A stretch of DNA of 61,340 nucleotides, counting the filler, from Rhabdomonas costata (Eukaryota): NCBI GenBank assembly GCA_019059605.1. It is 11 parts of 11 records of this genome, joined end to end, with 100 filler letters (N's around TTAATTAATTAA, not from the genome) between each part and the next. Parts side by side here need not be neighbours in the genome. Positions count along the whole stretch, not along the records: positions 44,782 to 50,247 come from JAHMHO010000068.1; positions 50,348 to 55,844 come from JAHMHO010000069.1; positions 55,945 to 61,340 come from JAHMHO010000070.1; 8 more parts are not named here. One strand, written 5' to 3'. The notes under the pieces are model-generated. The model worked only from the letters and a program-made list of their open reading frames with translations. It did no database searches and was not told the DNA's origin. Position 1 is the stretch's first letter. Every line of letters begins with the position of its first letter. Of the stretch, positions 49,354 to 61,096 are shown in pieces. Made by a program: the position numbers and the translations under genes.

Positions 49354-52300
49354 ACCGCGCCGTTAACAGCTAACAACTACTTAGACAAAGATCCCTTTGA
49401 CTTCGCACGTGAATTACGCAACCAAACCCCCCTGAGTTCTGCAATACCATTTTCTCTAACGACACCACCTGTTCCAGATGAACCTCCTGAGTTGCCTTCC
49501 TGGGACCATCCCGTACCTAACGCGCAACCAGTGTCCTCACTAACGGAATCAGCACCATTGCAAGCTGTCGTTCATGAGCCTCCAGGCCCACTACCTCCTG
49601 AGGATTTCCCTCCACTAACGGATGATGATGACGATTCACAACCTTGGCATGAGTTGGATCACACGTCTATCCCAGGCACCACCACAGACGAGGTCGCGCG
49701 TTTGATTCGCACGGCTTGAGTCTCAACCGAGAAAGGGGCCGAAGACGATGTGCTTGCCTCCGCCATCTAGACCTCAATGGTTCCCGTACCAAGTCCTAAC
49801 GCCTTGACTCACATTCAAGTCTCATTAAATGCAGTCACTATCAATGCATCCGTCGGTTCACCCCGACGTGAAATGCTACCGCCCACCCCACCTAATCGTT
49901 TTAAGCAACAGCATTGCTGTTTTTCATTGCCTACTGGTTTCATTCCACCGCCTCTAACGTAGATTTCAGCAAACCACGTGTCAGTGGACAACTGCAAATA
50001 CACATTGCCCCCTCGGTTAACCTACCGCATTACATTGCCCTCTTTTCAAACAGAAGAGGATGTCATGTAAGCACCCACCCATTTTCCATGCCATCTGTCA
50101 AATTTTCACCTTTGTTCCAGAAGTTTACCTTTTCTCTTCTGCGGCACACCATCAACTTCCATCCTACTTTTCCACTTGACGCTATCACAGTCAAGATTTA
50201 AGCCTGGACTAAACCCCTGTACGTCGCCCCGTCAGGCTGCCAAACCANNNNNNNNNNNNNNNNNNNNNNNNNNNNNNNNNNNNNNNNNNNNTTAATTAAT
50301 TAANNNNNNNNNNNNNNNNNNNNNNNNNNNNNNNNNNNNNNNNNNNNGTGTTGTAATCATGCGTTTGGAAAGCGGATGTTCAGTAGAACAGTTCCAGACC
50401 GGGCCGGGGGGCTGGGGGTTTTTCCTCAGCGGAAGCGTGGCTTTGATGTTAAAACGCAAATGCCCCGAGGAATTTGGAAAATTGTCGGCCATTGGGTAAC
50501 CTTGAAAGTTCAAGGGAAGTACACCACTGGAATGGCCTTTGCAGAGACGCAACGAAAGGAACGCGCCAGTATGAGCGGGGGAGGTTTCCGCGCCACTTCA
50601 GTTCCTTCACGCTGAGTTCTGTGCGGTCAGCAGAACCCCACCTCTGCCTGTTTTCTTGTCACATTTTCTTTGTTTGGTTTGGAGAGTTAGTGCTTGATTA
50701 CCAAATCAGGTGAGGCATAGGTATGGATAGGAGACCGCGCCCGGGTTCCCCTTCGCCTCACTCTCACTCTCGATCTCACTCTATTTTGTGATAGTGATTC
50801 ACCAAGCTCGGAGGCGGCAAAATCAAAGAAGAAGAAGAAAAAGAAGAAGAAGAAACAAGGAAAAACACAGTCACCTTCATGCAAGTGCCGAGTGATGCGA
50901 CGACCCAAGCGAGCGGGTGGGTTTCAAAATAGCAGAAAGCCCCGTTGAAAAAGCTCAGCGAATTAAGTGAAGAAATAATGGCTGGGAAAAAAGCAGAAAA
51001 ACACACCGCTTCCTTTCACTAGTACGTCGCGGGAGGCGGGGGGGGGGGAGCTTCGAATTTGCATCGTCTGCTGATCCCCTGCGACTAAAATGTTCAACCT
51101 TTTTTATGGACGTTAACTCTGTCACTGCCAAACTATTTATATCAGCTCTGCGTTCATGTTTGTTGAAGTGTGCGTTTGTTCTCGGCGGCTTGCTCAGTAT
51201 ACACAAGCATCTTGAAAATTGTGAAAATTAGGGTGCACCCTGTTCCTACCAGGTTTAAGATGCGAAAAGGGAGCCGCTCATTACGTGGAGGCAACACAAC
51301 CTTAACCCAAACGCACGTGATCACGTGCATCACACAAAAAACCAGTAAATTTCCTCTTGTGCTCGTAGTGGTGTTTGTGCGTGTGTGTGTTTGTGTGTGT
51401 GTGTGTGTGTCTGAGATGCGTTCGTGGGCTGATATCATAGGCTCTTCATATTTTTCCCTCTCCTTACCACCACTTACCACCATTTTTTGTACGAGGGTAT
51501 GGGCCGCAGTTGCAAAGCCTCACACAAATCTTCCGGGGTGCACGCTCAATTCCAACGGAAAATCTCTCGCGTTCAGTCCCGTTCCAGTCCATGCCGTGCG
51601 GCAGTGGTTACCATCGCCCTCTGTTAGAGTGATGCGGGTGTTGTCTTCTTATGCAACTCCTCAGCTCCTCTGATCCACCTTCACACGGACCTCCCCGTCT
51701 TCCTGTCCTCCGTGGTGAAGAAGCTTTTCCCCAATGCCGTGGAGGTTACCATGCACGTCTACATGGACGCGATTGTATCTGCGCCCACCCCACCCCTCAT
51801 CCAGATTCGTATTTTTTGTTTTGCGCTTCCTTGCACACTGCGCTGTACAAAGGTGTTCTTGGGACCCGTAGTAGTGTGTACAATTCCGTGCCTTTCAGTG
51901 GTTTTGTGGTTTGTTAAACGTTTCACATGTGAAGAGAAGGAAGAAGAACGATGAAGATTACATCCAGCTTGAAACCGCCTTGGAATGTCCCTCTCTTGAT
52001 TCGTTAGCCTTGCAGTCCCGTTTCGCCCGTCTGGAGGACCGGAGCATTTTTTTTCGGGTTCGCGCACCGTCTTCCATGTCTTCTCCTCAGATTTGCCATC
52101 ATCCGGCCTCAAGTCTAAAGTCCGCAACCAGTAATGTTGAATGCTTGCCTTTGGCCCCCCTCCCCTCCACTGCTCGTTTCTTCTCTTTTACTCGCAGGCC
52201 ACGTTTGCCTCCGAAAAGGAGGCGCGAGCGGTCTTCGCTGTGCAACCCGTGGTTGACCCCTCATGTGCCCGTGCCCATACACCTCCCTTCTTTGTAGTGG

Positions 52301-54672
52301 GAGTGCCTTGCAGCGTTTTCCCTTCACACGATACCTTATAAGTTCCGAGAATTGGGACTACTCTCGGAAAGCGTCGACTTCCCTGCCCTTGAGGTGTGGG
52401 GTAATGAGATTGTATCCGCGCATCTTGTCCATATTTCATAATTTGCTGCTCAGCGAGCTGAAACATTTACTCAGAACATGGAGACTACGGCAAGTGTGCT
52501 ATCCCAGTGAGGCGTCGACCAGGAGCAGCGCTTTCTCTTCTGGCTACTGGTTCGGACATGGGGCAACGTTAAGCACCGCTGACGTTCAGCCCTGCTAAAC
52601 GGCCAAGTATACGTCACCCATTTTGCTACAGTGAATTTAGAGGTAGTTGACACAGGTTACCTAGCCCCTGTGCCCTAAAAATAACATCCCGAATATGTAT
52701 CCGATTCGACATGAGCACCCGTAAACGTATTGCAGTGCTTAACGGAGCATCGCCCACCCCATGGATTGTAACCCATCCGACCGCTTCGGTTGCGCCGCGC
52801 GCTGGCCTTAGCACCTGATATATTTTGGATTTGGGGGACCGATTCTTGTTCCATTTGTCTGTCAAAACGCAGCGACTTCAATTCCAAAAATAAGCAAAGT
52901 TCAAAAACGTTTAGTGCTGCGTTTAGAGCGTGGGGGTTAGGCAAACTGTATCATCGAATGCATTTTTTGTGGATAGGTTTTTCTTCACTTAAAAACATAA
53001 TTTAATTTAGGGATAGACAGGAAATTCATGACCATTTTAGCACTGCTGTCACATGCAAGTGCTAAACTTTAACCCCACACACACCATGCAAATGACTCCT
53101 TTGCCCCCCGAATCAGTGTTAATTGAAGTGAAAAGACCCAGGAGCAAGCAGCAGGGAGAAAGGCAATACGGCTTGGCCACATGTATCTCCTGGGGTGAGC
53201 ACCAGTCGAGCTCGGCATCACGAACCCCCCTCCCCCCACCTCTAGGCGTTTGGTACTTCCTGTGACGAAGTGAGGCTGCACAGAACAGACCATGTTTTGT
53301 ATTACAGCCTCCCTTGCGTTCCGGTTTGCAATTACTCCTGGGTTTGAGCACCCCTTTTGGATGGGCACGTGTCCTAAACCCCCACCCGTGTTCACCTCTC
53401 ACCTCTCTCTATGGATCCGTCTGTGTCATGCATGTTGTATGATACAGACGGTATTGTAAATTCGTGTGGATACGTTTATTTGAGTTAACTGAGAAATGTT
53501 GAAAGCTCTGCACGATTCTTCGATTCTAGCACGATTTTTACCTTAGGTGCGTTTCGGGGTAAAAATAAATATTGGGTGAATGCGCGAATGCGAGAACCTT
53601 TCGTTTCATCTTTCCTCTTTCTTTTGGTTCTTGACCTTTCATGATGGCAAGCGTCGCATCCGTACCAAATGGAAATGGGTCACGTTCTGTGAGCGAACGA
53701 TGGAGCAATTGTTGTACAGCCGTGTGACACTGATTCAGTAGAACNNNNNNNNNNNNNNNNNNNNNNNNNNNNNNNNNNNNNNNNNNNNNNNNNNNNNNNN
53801 NNNNNNNNNNNNNNNNNNNNNNNNNNNNNNNNNNNNNNNNNNNNNNNNNNNNNNNNNNNNNNNNNNNNNNNNNNNNNNNNNNNNNNNNNNNNNNNNNNNN
53901 NNNNNNNNNNNNNNNNNNNNNNNNNNNNNNNNNNNNNNNNNNNNNNNNNNNNNNNNNNNNNNNNNNNNNNNNNNNNNNNNNNNNNNNNNNNNNNNNNNNN
54001 NNNNNNNNNNNNNNNNNNNNNNNNNNNNNNNNNNNNNNNNNNNNNNNNNNNNNNNNNNNNNNNNNNNNNNNNNNNNNNNNNNNNNNNNNNNNNNNNNNNN
54101 NNNNNNNNNNNNNNNNNNNNNNNNNNNNNNNNNNNNNNNNNNNNNNNNNNNNNNNNNNNNNNNNNNNNNNNNNNNNNNNNNNNNNNNNNNNNNNNNNNNN
54201 NNNNNNNNNNNNNNNNNNNNNNNNNNNNNNNNNNNNNNNNNNNNNNNNNNNNNNNNNNNNNNNNNNNNNNNNNNNNNNNNNNNNNNNNNNNNNNNNNNNN
54301 NNNNNNNNNNNNNNNNNNNNNNNNNNNNNNNNNNNNNNNNNNNNNNNNNNNNNNNNNNNNNNNNNNNNNNNNNNNNNNNNNNNNNNNNNNNNNNNNNNNN
54401 NNNNNNNNNNNNNNNNNNNNNNNNNNNNNNNNNNNNNNNNNNNNNNNNNNNCAAAAAAAAACTTGAGGTTCTGGTTTAACTTCTTGTAATTATGGGTGTC
54501 CCACGTTTGTGCACATCGGTCCGGACTCTTCCTATGGTCCAAAACATGCAGACTGTGTGCCTGCAAAACATGCCTACCTATGGCCATATTATACCGGAGG
54601 ATAGGGCGACCATGAGGAGTACTTCAATGAAGAGTACTTCACTTGGTTGGTCGGCTGGGGGGCCCTGCGCAG

Positions 54673-55526
54673 ATCTCAGCCAGTGCCTGCAGCACAGCCT
54701 GAGCCTATCCGTGTCCACCTTCCCTGTGGCCCGGGTGCTGGAGAGCGTGGGGAAGACCTTCGAGAAGGAAGCCGCCCGGGTGCAGGTTCCCACCTGTCTA
54801 CCAACCCTCCTTTTTCAAATGCACACCTGCCCACCCAACCTGCACCCTTGTTGCCACACGTTGGGTGAGCTATTCTCTTATCCGTATGGGTTGCGCTTCT
54901 CTAGGTCCAGATGGAGTTCCCTACGAACCATGAGGCCCCTCCGATGCTCACCTGTGACCGTGTGCGGCTTCGCCAAGGTACGACCCACCTCCAAATTCTT
55001 CAGCCTTGTTTCCTTCGTGCTTGCCTACCCCCCGAATGAGTGAGTTGTGCGGAGTCGGTGTGCCGCTCTTTGCATGTTTTGCATGTTTTCCTTCGCACGG
55101 TCTCGAGAAGCCAATGGAGTCTACCTTCCCACCACAGCGCTCCTTTCTGTCGTCACACACACACAAAATGCACTGCTCGGTTTTGGTGCTGCTAATTAAA
55201 CATCCCCATCCGCTCCGGCGTTGTTCCCTACTGCCTATAAGCCCAGTCACTTGTACTTGCGATTTCTGTTGCATAGTTTGAAGCAGTGAAAGAGCCTAGC
55301 GATGGGTCTAAGAAAAATCTTCTGGTGTGGTGTACTGCGCTCTTTCTGCCTTTCCCTGTGTTTGCTCACAGTGCTGGTGAACCTGGTGTGCAACTCCTTC
55401 AACGCGGTGCAGGGCCGGCGGTGCCCTTGGATTGGTGTCAGGACGGAGGCTGCAATGTCCGAGGACGGCACCCCGATGCTCGCCTTCCATGTCGAGGACA
55501 ATGGGGTGGGGATGACCCCAGCCCAG
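54673..55526 (+). CDS. Sensor histidine kinase, HisKA-HATPase_c region (exons 54673-54785, 54905-54977, 55372-55526), partial
   Basis: Spliced DLSQ...FPVARVLESVGKTFEKEAARVQVQMEF...LTCDRVRLRQVLVNLVCNSFNA (N box)...LAFHVEDNGVGMTPAQ (G1 box); GT-AG junctions are in frame. Confidence 0.85.
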
Positions 55527-56249
55527 GTTCGACCTCTCCACCTCCTTGCCTCACCCGTTCCAAGATTGGGTGCTCCAGTTCGGATAATCCTTTCAGCATT
55601 GAGCGCCGAGCTCACAAGACACCTCAAAAGTTGCCGTGTATTCGTTATCGCGAACATTGCTGTAGGACGCTCAGCGCTGCAAAACAGCACTGGATGGCCA
55701 ATCGCATTACGTATTGGTAGTTAAAGCATCTATTCCGATGCTTTTCCATTTGATGTGGAAAACTCAGAGGTGCAGATTGAACTAAGTCCTCGCTGAGAAC
55801 ACTTCTCTTCTGAGTCACTATACTTTTTTGTCTGACCAAACAAANNNNNNNNNNNNNNNNNNNNNNNNNNNNNNNNNNNNNNNNNNNNTTAATTAATTAA
55901 NNNNNNNNNNNNNNNNNNNNNNNNNNNNNNNNNNNNNNNNNNNNGGTTTTTGGGGAGGATGGAAGGAAAAGGATCGTGTTCAGGGAGGGAAACAAGGAAA
56001 AATGAATGGGGTCGGGGCGGCGGGTTAAGAAGAAGGAAACGAGGGAGAGTGGCAGGGATTTGGCCGGGGACGACAGAGCGCAGCAGCAGACAGAAAGACA
56101 AGGAAAGGGAAAAGCACCAAACGTCGGAAGGTTCGGAGTGCTGATGTGTACGGAGGCCGACAGGGAGCGGGAACAGCAACGAGGGGGAAGGTTGACGAAG
56201 GGTGGACGAACCAACAGGTGGGAACAAAACACAGCACGGGCCGCAGGGC

Positions 56250-57050
56250 CGCTCTCGGCTTCCCCGGGGTGCTACACCACTTGACCCCGCACCAGCTGCC
56301 TCGCCACCGCGCGTGCCAGTGCGTGTGATACTGGGCCCAGGCGCCAACTTCACGGCACCAGTCTTGAAAGCCCGCTTCCGGGCATGTTGGCAAACGAGCC
56401 GCTGCCCCGACTGACACCACGCTCCGGTAGTCTCGGCCACAACAGCCCACATATTCCACTGCCGCTCTGCACAGCGCTCGACGTAGAGCTTCGCTTCACC
56501 TTCTCCTCCGCCCCGAACCGGCAGCCCCCGCCGTCACTGCCGCTCGCTGGGCGCGAGCGGATGGACGACAGAGACGTCCACGGCTGCGGGGACGTCGGAA
56601 AACGAGGGAAGAAACAGTCAGGTCAACCGGAACAAGATTTGTGCCCAGAAGACCGACGCTCGTGCCGATGCCAGATGCCGATGCCAGATGCCATCCCGCA
56701 CTGTGTTGTGGCGCTTCAAGCTGGCGCGTGGTCCCCAAAGTCGTCTTGACAAGCTCCACATGCGACACAACAGGAGCAACCGCCATTCCGAGGAAGCCCA
56801 TCTGGGGTGCGTGGCGCTGGGGCGTGGGGATAAGTAACCATGAGCTCCTGAGGCCAACTCCTGAGGCCAGCTCGCAAAAGGGCGTACTCTCCGGCTGCCG
56901 AGGGGCACTGCCAAGAAGAACTCCTGACTGCGGCCGTCGGCAATGCTCACGAGGACCGCGCTTGTGACAGTTGCGGCAGGACTTGTTCAACGGCATGAAC
57001 AAACCACAGCACAACCACCGGCTCTCGCTACGTTCCCTCACTCTCTATTG
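56250..57050 (-). mobile_element. Decayed RLE-type (CRE/SLACS/CZAR-like) non-LTR retrotransposon, 3' part
   Basis: CVACGACQDDFGDHA (CCHC finger), RHNTVRD, AVDVSVVHP, KLY and VAETTGAW occur in the order of the restriction-like endonuclease motifs, with stops and frameshifts. Confidence 0.8.
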
Positions 57051-57351
57051 TTGTCTCTCCGTGCTGGCGTAGCCACAGTACGTAGCAGTGGGCATCTGAG
57101 CGCAGCGAGGTTGGCTAATGCGAAGTAGGCATTTCTATGCAGGGGCCCCTGGGCTATACTCGCTACGCTCGTCAGCCCAAGGGACGTTAAGACATTTAGC
57201 GAGCATGACGTAGGCACGCGAGCCTAGTAAGCACAGCGAGGAACGAAGTGACGAAGCGATAGAGGGGGCCCCAAAACCCACTATTACATAGAAGACAGAG
57301 CCTTAAGTACTGATTGGGTATCGAACACACGCTTTTTCGTCAAGGGGGGTA

Positions 57352-57412
57352 TTTTACACAGATTTTACACAGATTTACACAGATTACACAGATACACAGA
57401 TTACACAGATTT
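57352..57412 (+). repeat. Degenerate (ACACAGAT-Tn) minisatellite
   Basis: About six copies of acacagat separated by variable T runs. Confidence 0.85.
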
Positions 57413-57670
57413 TCCTCCACTTTCTGCTTTTTTCCATCACTCTAGGCTCGCGTTCCAATGACAAGCAAAAGCAAATCCACATACGGAGTAGAGCACCAAT
57501 AAAAAAAGGTATAAAAAACCGGGTCTTCGTTGGTAAACTGGTGGTTTTCGTGTGGTTTTTGGGTTGGCGGGATCTTTTGACACCTCTCTCTCTCTAACGT
57601 TTCAGCGCCTTTCAGTCAGTGTCTGCGCTCAAATATAACGTTCCATCACAGCCACCAAATCACCCCACCC

Positions 57671-58735
57671 CTACCTTGTGCAATCGTACGGCAGCCTGGG
57701 CCTGCTCCTCGGAAGCCCACTGCGCAGGTAGTGCACCTTCCACCGGAAGTACCCGTGGCCCGGCCTGGAGGGCCCTGCAAGGAAGCTCAACAATGGAAAG
57801 GCCGGGTGGTAGGCCCGGGCCAGGTCCTGCAGGTGGGGCCCAAGCACCACGAAAGCCTCCGCGAAGAGGTCGATGACAGCCTTAAGCTCTCGCTGGGGGG
57901 CTCCGTGGGGATGGCAGGAGCTGGGCCCCCGGGGAGGACCGCATGACGCAGCGCAAGGCTGAGAGGCCCGGCATGCCCCGTGGAGAAGCCGTTGCCCACA
58001 ACTGGTCGTGCGTGCACATCTATATGTATTGATTTGGGACTTGGGAAGAGTAAAACACGAATGGATAGATCACGAATCAAAAATGGAACAGGAAAAGATG
58101 TCTGTCTTTTAAATTTAATTTTCAACATGGCGAACCCATCTGTGGGTGGTGTCTCCCTTCGGGTCACCTTTTTCATGTTTTGCAGTCACCAGTGCTGAGC
58201 TAAAGGGCGAGAGTACCCCTGCCAAGCACACCTATTAGATTAGACCAAAAAGAGCGGGTGCCGAGGGTGGGGAAGTAACCCGTAGAGCGCGAGCCTCCCG
58301 CCAGTCTAATCTGCGGAGTGCGTCCCATACACACGCGCTGGGGTGCTCACACAGTGGACCCCTTTGGGATAAGCTGAGTGCATTGTCACACCACAACAGT
58401 CGCAGAGGTCCCCTACAAATAAAAGAAAACCTCCCAACTTTGAAAGGTCATCCCGCCTGCGCGGCTGCTCTCATACCCTCCGGAGCGGGGCGGGCGTAGT
58501 TGATCTTTAGGCAGCCCCCGGCAAAGAGGGTGTTGTTAAGAGCCCCTCGCGCGGCGGTGGCGGCGGGCTCGGCGGAGAAGCTGACGAACGCCACCCCTTT
58601 CGCCGGCACCACTCGCACGCTCTCCACCGCGCCATGCGCCGCGAAGAGGGCTCGCAGCAGGCCCTCCGTGACATGGGGGGTGATGTTGCTCACCCATAAG
58701 GAGCGAGTGGGAACGTTGGAGTTGAACTCCATCCC
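57671..58735 (-). CDS. RRM + SURP(SWAP) protein, U2SURP/SR140-like, partial
   Basis: RRM exon TRSLWVSNITPHV...KGVAFVSF...LKINYAR joins via a GC-AG intron (57959-58456) to RELKAVIDLFAEAFVVLGPHLQ...LLSFLAG..PGHGYFRWKV, a SURP pattern in a frame missing from the ORF track. Confidence 0.7.
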
Positions 58736-60064
58736 TCCCGCGGACGCTCACCCACACCCACGCACAACAACTCAACGTCTGTGAAAGAGGATCACAATAC
58801 CTCTCTGAGGAAGCTGGAAAGAGAACAAAGCTACGTGAAAGTGATTTTGAGCGTGCAAAAAAAGAGCATCACTCAACGGACGTGGCTCAATCTGGATGCC
58901 GAAACAACAAGGAAAGGGTGAAAGTTGCGATAAGCACTTCACACAAATCATCGGAAAATCACGGGTGCTAGAATTTGAGAGTCGCCACGAGTCTCTGACT
59001 TGGTCCAATCCCTTCCAGGGACGACAAATGCTTCATAAAAACGCTCCACCGAAAGAGTATTGGCTGTTCCTTGAATTCCGGGGAGCACACCCGCACGTTC
59101 ATTTTTTCTTCAGTTATTCGGCTTGCGTTCGTTCTGACTCAACGACTCCTCCCAAATACATTCATGCGGATGGTCTTCTCAAAATCGTATGGCGGGCGGG
59201 AGGAATTTCTTCGCCAACCGATGCGTGGAAAGCACACTCCACACTTTATTGTCACTGCTGTTCAAGGACGCAAAACAGCACAGAAACGGCTGCGACAGAA
59301 ACGGCCGACGGGGGCAAATCCTGCGGGGCTTTCCCAAGCCAGGGATTAAGAAAACAGACACTACAGGTGTGTCCGCACATTACTGTGTCTTCTACAAGCT
59401 GCAGAGGCGGTTGCACAGAAGAAGCAACGCAAGCCCGCATTTGCCAGTTACGTGACGATAAAATAGTAGTGATAAGGCAAAAAAAAACGTCCCAAGAAGC
59501 TCTGTGTGTACATGCAAACAGGGCGCAGAATTGAAACAGCAAAAAACGTAGAGTCATCCATCGCAAGGAGCAAGTTAGACGGAATAACGCATAACAGTAT
59601 TAAGAAGTCGTCTCCAAAAACGTAGAAGCATACGTTTTGGAGATCCGCGCTACGAGAAATATCCCCCCCAAAAAAACCGCGTTGCCCTCGGGACGGGACG
59701 ACGGGTGTGACTTCGGCGCACAGCAAAACAAAAGCAAACTCTTCCACACCCCATGGTATGATTGTGCCTCTGGCCTCATTCCCCGCGTTTCCTGCACAGT
59801 GAACTGAACGGCCACACCTATCACCCAGCGTCTCTGCTGCGCATCAATCACTGGCAGAGTGAGGCCATTCACGAGCTCATTCTTTCAATCCATCTTTACG
59901 ACACGACGATGCGAGGTGCTGAAAAGCACCAATGGGGATTCCGGGGTGACCACATTGCGCGACGGTATCTGTCATCAAACTGTTGCTGGGCACGAACTAG
60001 CTGACCTTCCATGGCGTATCCTCACTGCCATCTCTTCTCTTCTTCAGGTTCCCTTTCTGAGATT

Positions 60065-61096
60065 TCACGGCGGGAGTAGCCAGGTCCGGCAGCCCCCGTC
60101 CCTGCTGCAGCTCACCGCGAGGTTCCCTGCAGAGGTTGCTGCACAGCACGTTACTCCCTCGGGGTGCCTGCCCAGAATACCCAGCTCCTCCCCGCTGCGG
60201 GCATCCCAAACCCGGAGAGTGGTGTCGGAGCTGGCGGTGAAAACACGGCGGCCGTCCCAGGCAAACTCGGCGCGGGTTACCCAGTCGGCGTGGCCGACGA
60301 AGGTGTGAAGGCAGCGCCCGGTGGGGAGGTCCCACACCTTTGCCGTGTGGTCCGCTGACCCAGACAGAAGCTGAAACCAAACAGAAGATATGAGGACTGG
60401 CGTGGCATGTGATACCGAGACAGAATGGCCGAGGAAAACGCGGACGCGGACGCTGCTTCCTGCACGAGTTCAAGGGCCACCTTCCTTCTCCTTTTCAAAA
60501 TTCCACAAGTTTCTGAACCTCCGCTGAAAAATCTTCAGTGACACCTAGAACCTAAAGCCTCCTGCGGGGACGAAATTGACAACATTTTTACACCCGAAAC
60601 TCTGTTTTGTTACTGGCAAAGTCCCGAACTGGCAAACCGAACAGAGTTGAATCTACCATAAAATATCAGAAAACAAGGTTCCCGAAGAAAACCCGCCCCT
60701 AACCGAGCTCCATAAAAAATCAACGGATTTCTGGTCATTGGGGATGGCAAAGCGTTCGCCACCAATCAAACCACCCCATGCACCAAGCAGGCGCGCGCAC
60801 GCACGCACCTTGGTGCCATCCGGGCTGACTTGGAGGGACCACAGCCAGTCGCTGTGGCCCAATAGTGTGGCCACCACCGCCCCGGTGGCCCACTGCCAGA
60901 CCCTCACCGTGCAGTCCGCAGCGCCGGTCAGCACCATAGAGCCGTCGCATGGCCCGAAGGCCACACAGCACACAGTCCCGGAGTGGCCGCGGAGCTCCGC
61001 GAGGGGATCCCCAGTGAGCTCCCAGACCCGTGCGGTATGGTCGTCGGAGGACGTGGCAACGCGCTGGCCACAGGGCGAGAAGGCCACGGCGCGCAC
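60065..61096 (-). CDS. WD40-repeat protein, last two exons (61096-60809, 60370-60065)
   Basis: Repeated GH...S.D.T.RVW[DE] units; the phase-0 junction GTK|LLSGSADHTAKVWD is canonical. Confidence 0.93.

Larger units (their letters stand above)
45541..50247 (+). mobile_element. Ty3/gypsy element 5' half: candidate LTR, PBS, gag knuckle, aspartic protease
   Basis: TGTAAC at 45541 and CA at 46803-46804. TGGTAGCTGAGG at 46807. YYCGQVGHFIREC (about 47640-47680). ALLDSGASDRFMS (about 48930-48970). Pre-RT-like TKPLYVAP at the contig end. The LTR 5' boundary is uncertain. Confidence 0.78.
5488..55944. other. Ten artificial 100-bp contig linkers (N44-TTAATTAATTAA-N44) at 5488-5587, 11247-11346, 16848-16947, 22410-22509, 28078-28177, 33595-33694, 39135-39234, 44682-44781, 50248-50347, 55845-55944
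   Basis: Identical six-frame-stop 12-mer flanked by Ns at about 5.5-5.8 kb spacing, as used when unplaced contigs are concatenated. The internal N gaps at 24155-24365 and 53745-54451 lack the 12-mer. Confidence 0.98.

Noticed and set aside
53538-54587. Long ORFs spanning N runs (also 24005-24720)
   Set aside because: Their length comes from gap characters; only the flanking SCC2 exons are supportable.
55372-55526. Topoisomerase VI-B or MutL-type GHKL ATPase
   Set aside because: The upstream exons give D..RLRQVL.NL and a HisKA-like linker, which fits a histidine kinase better.
5488-55944. Regularly spaced TTAATTAATTAA motif as a biological repeat or array
   Set aside because: It is an artificial stop-codon linker embedded in Ns.
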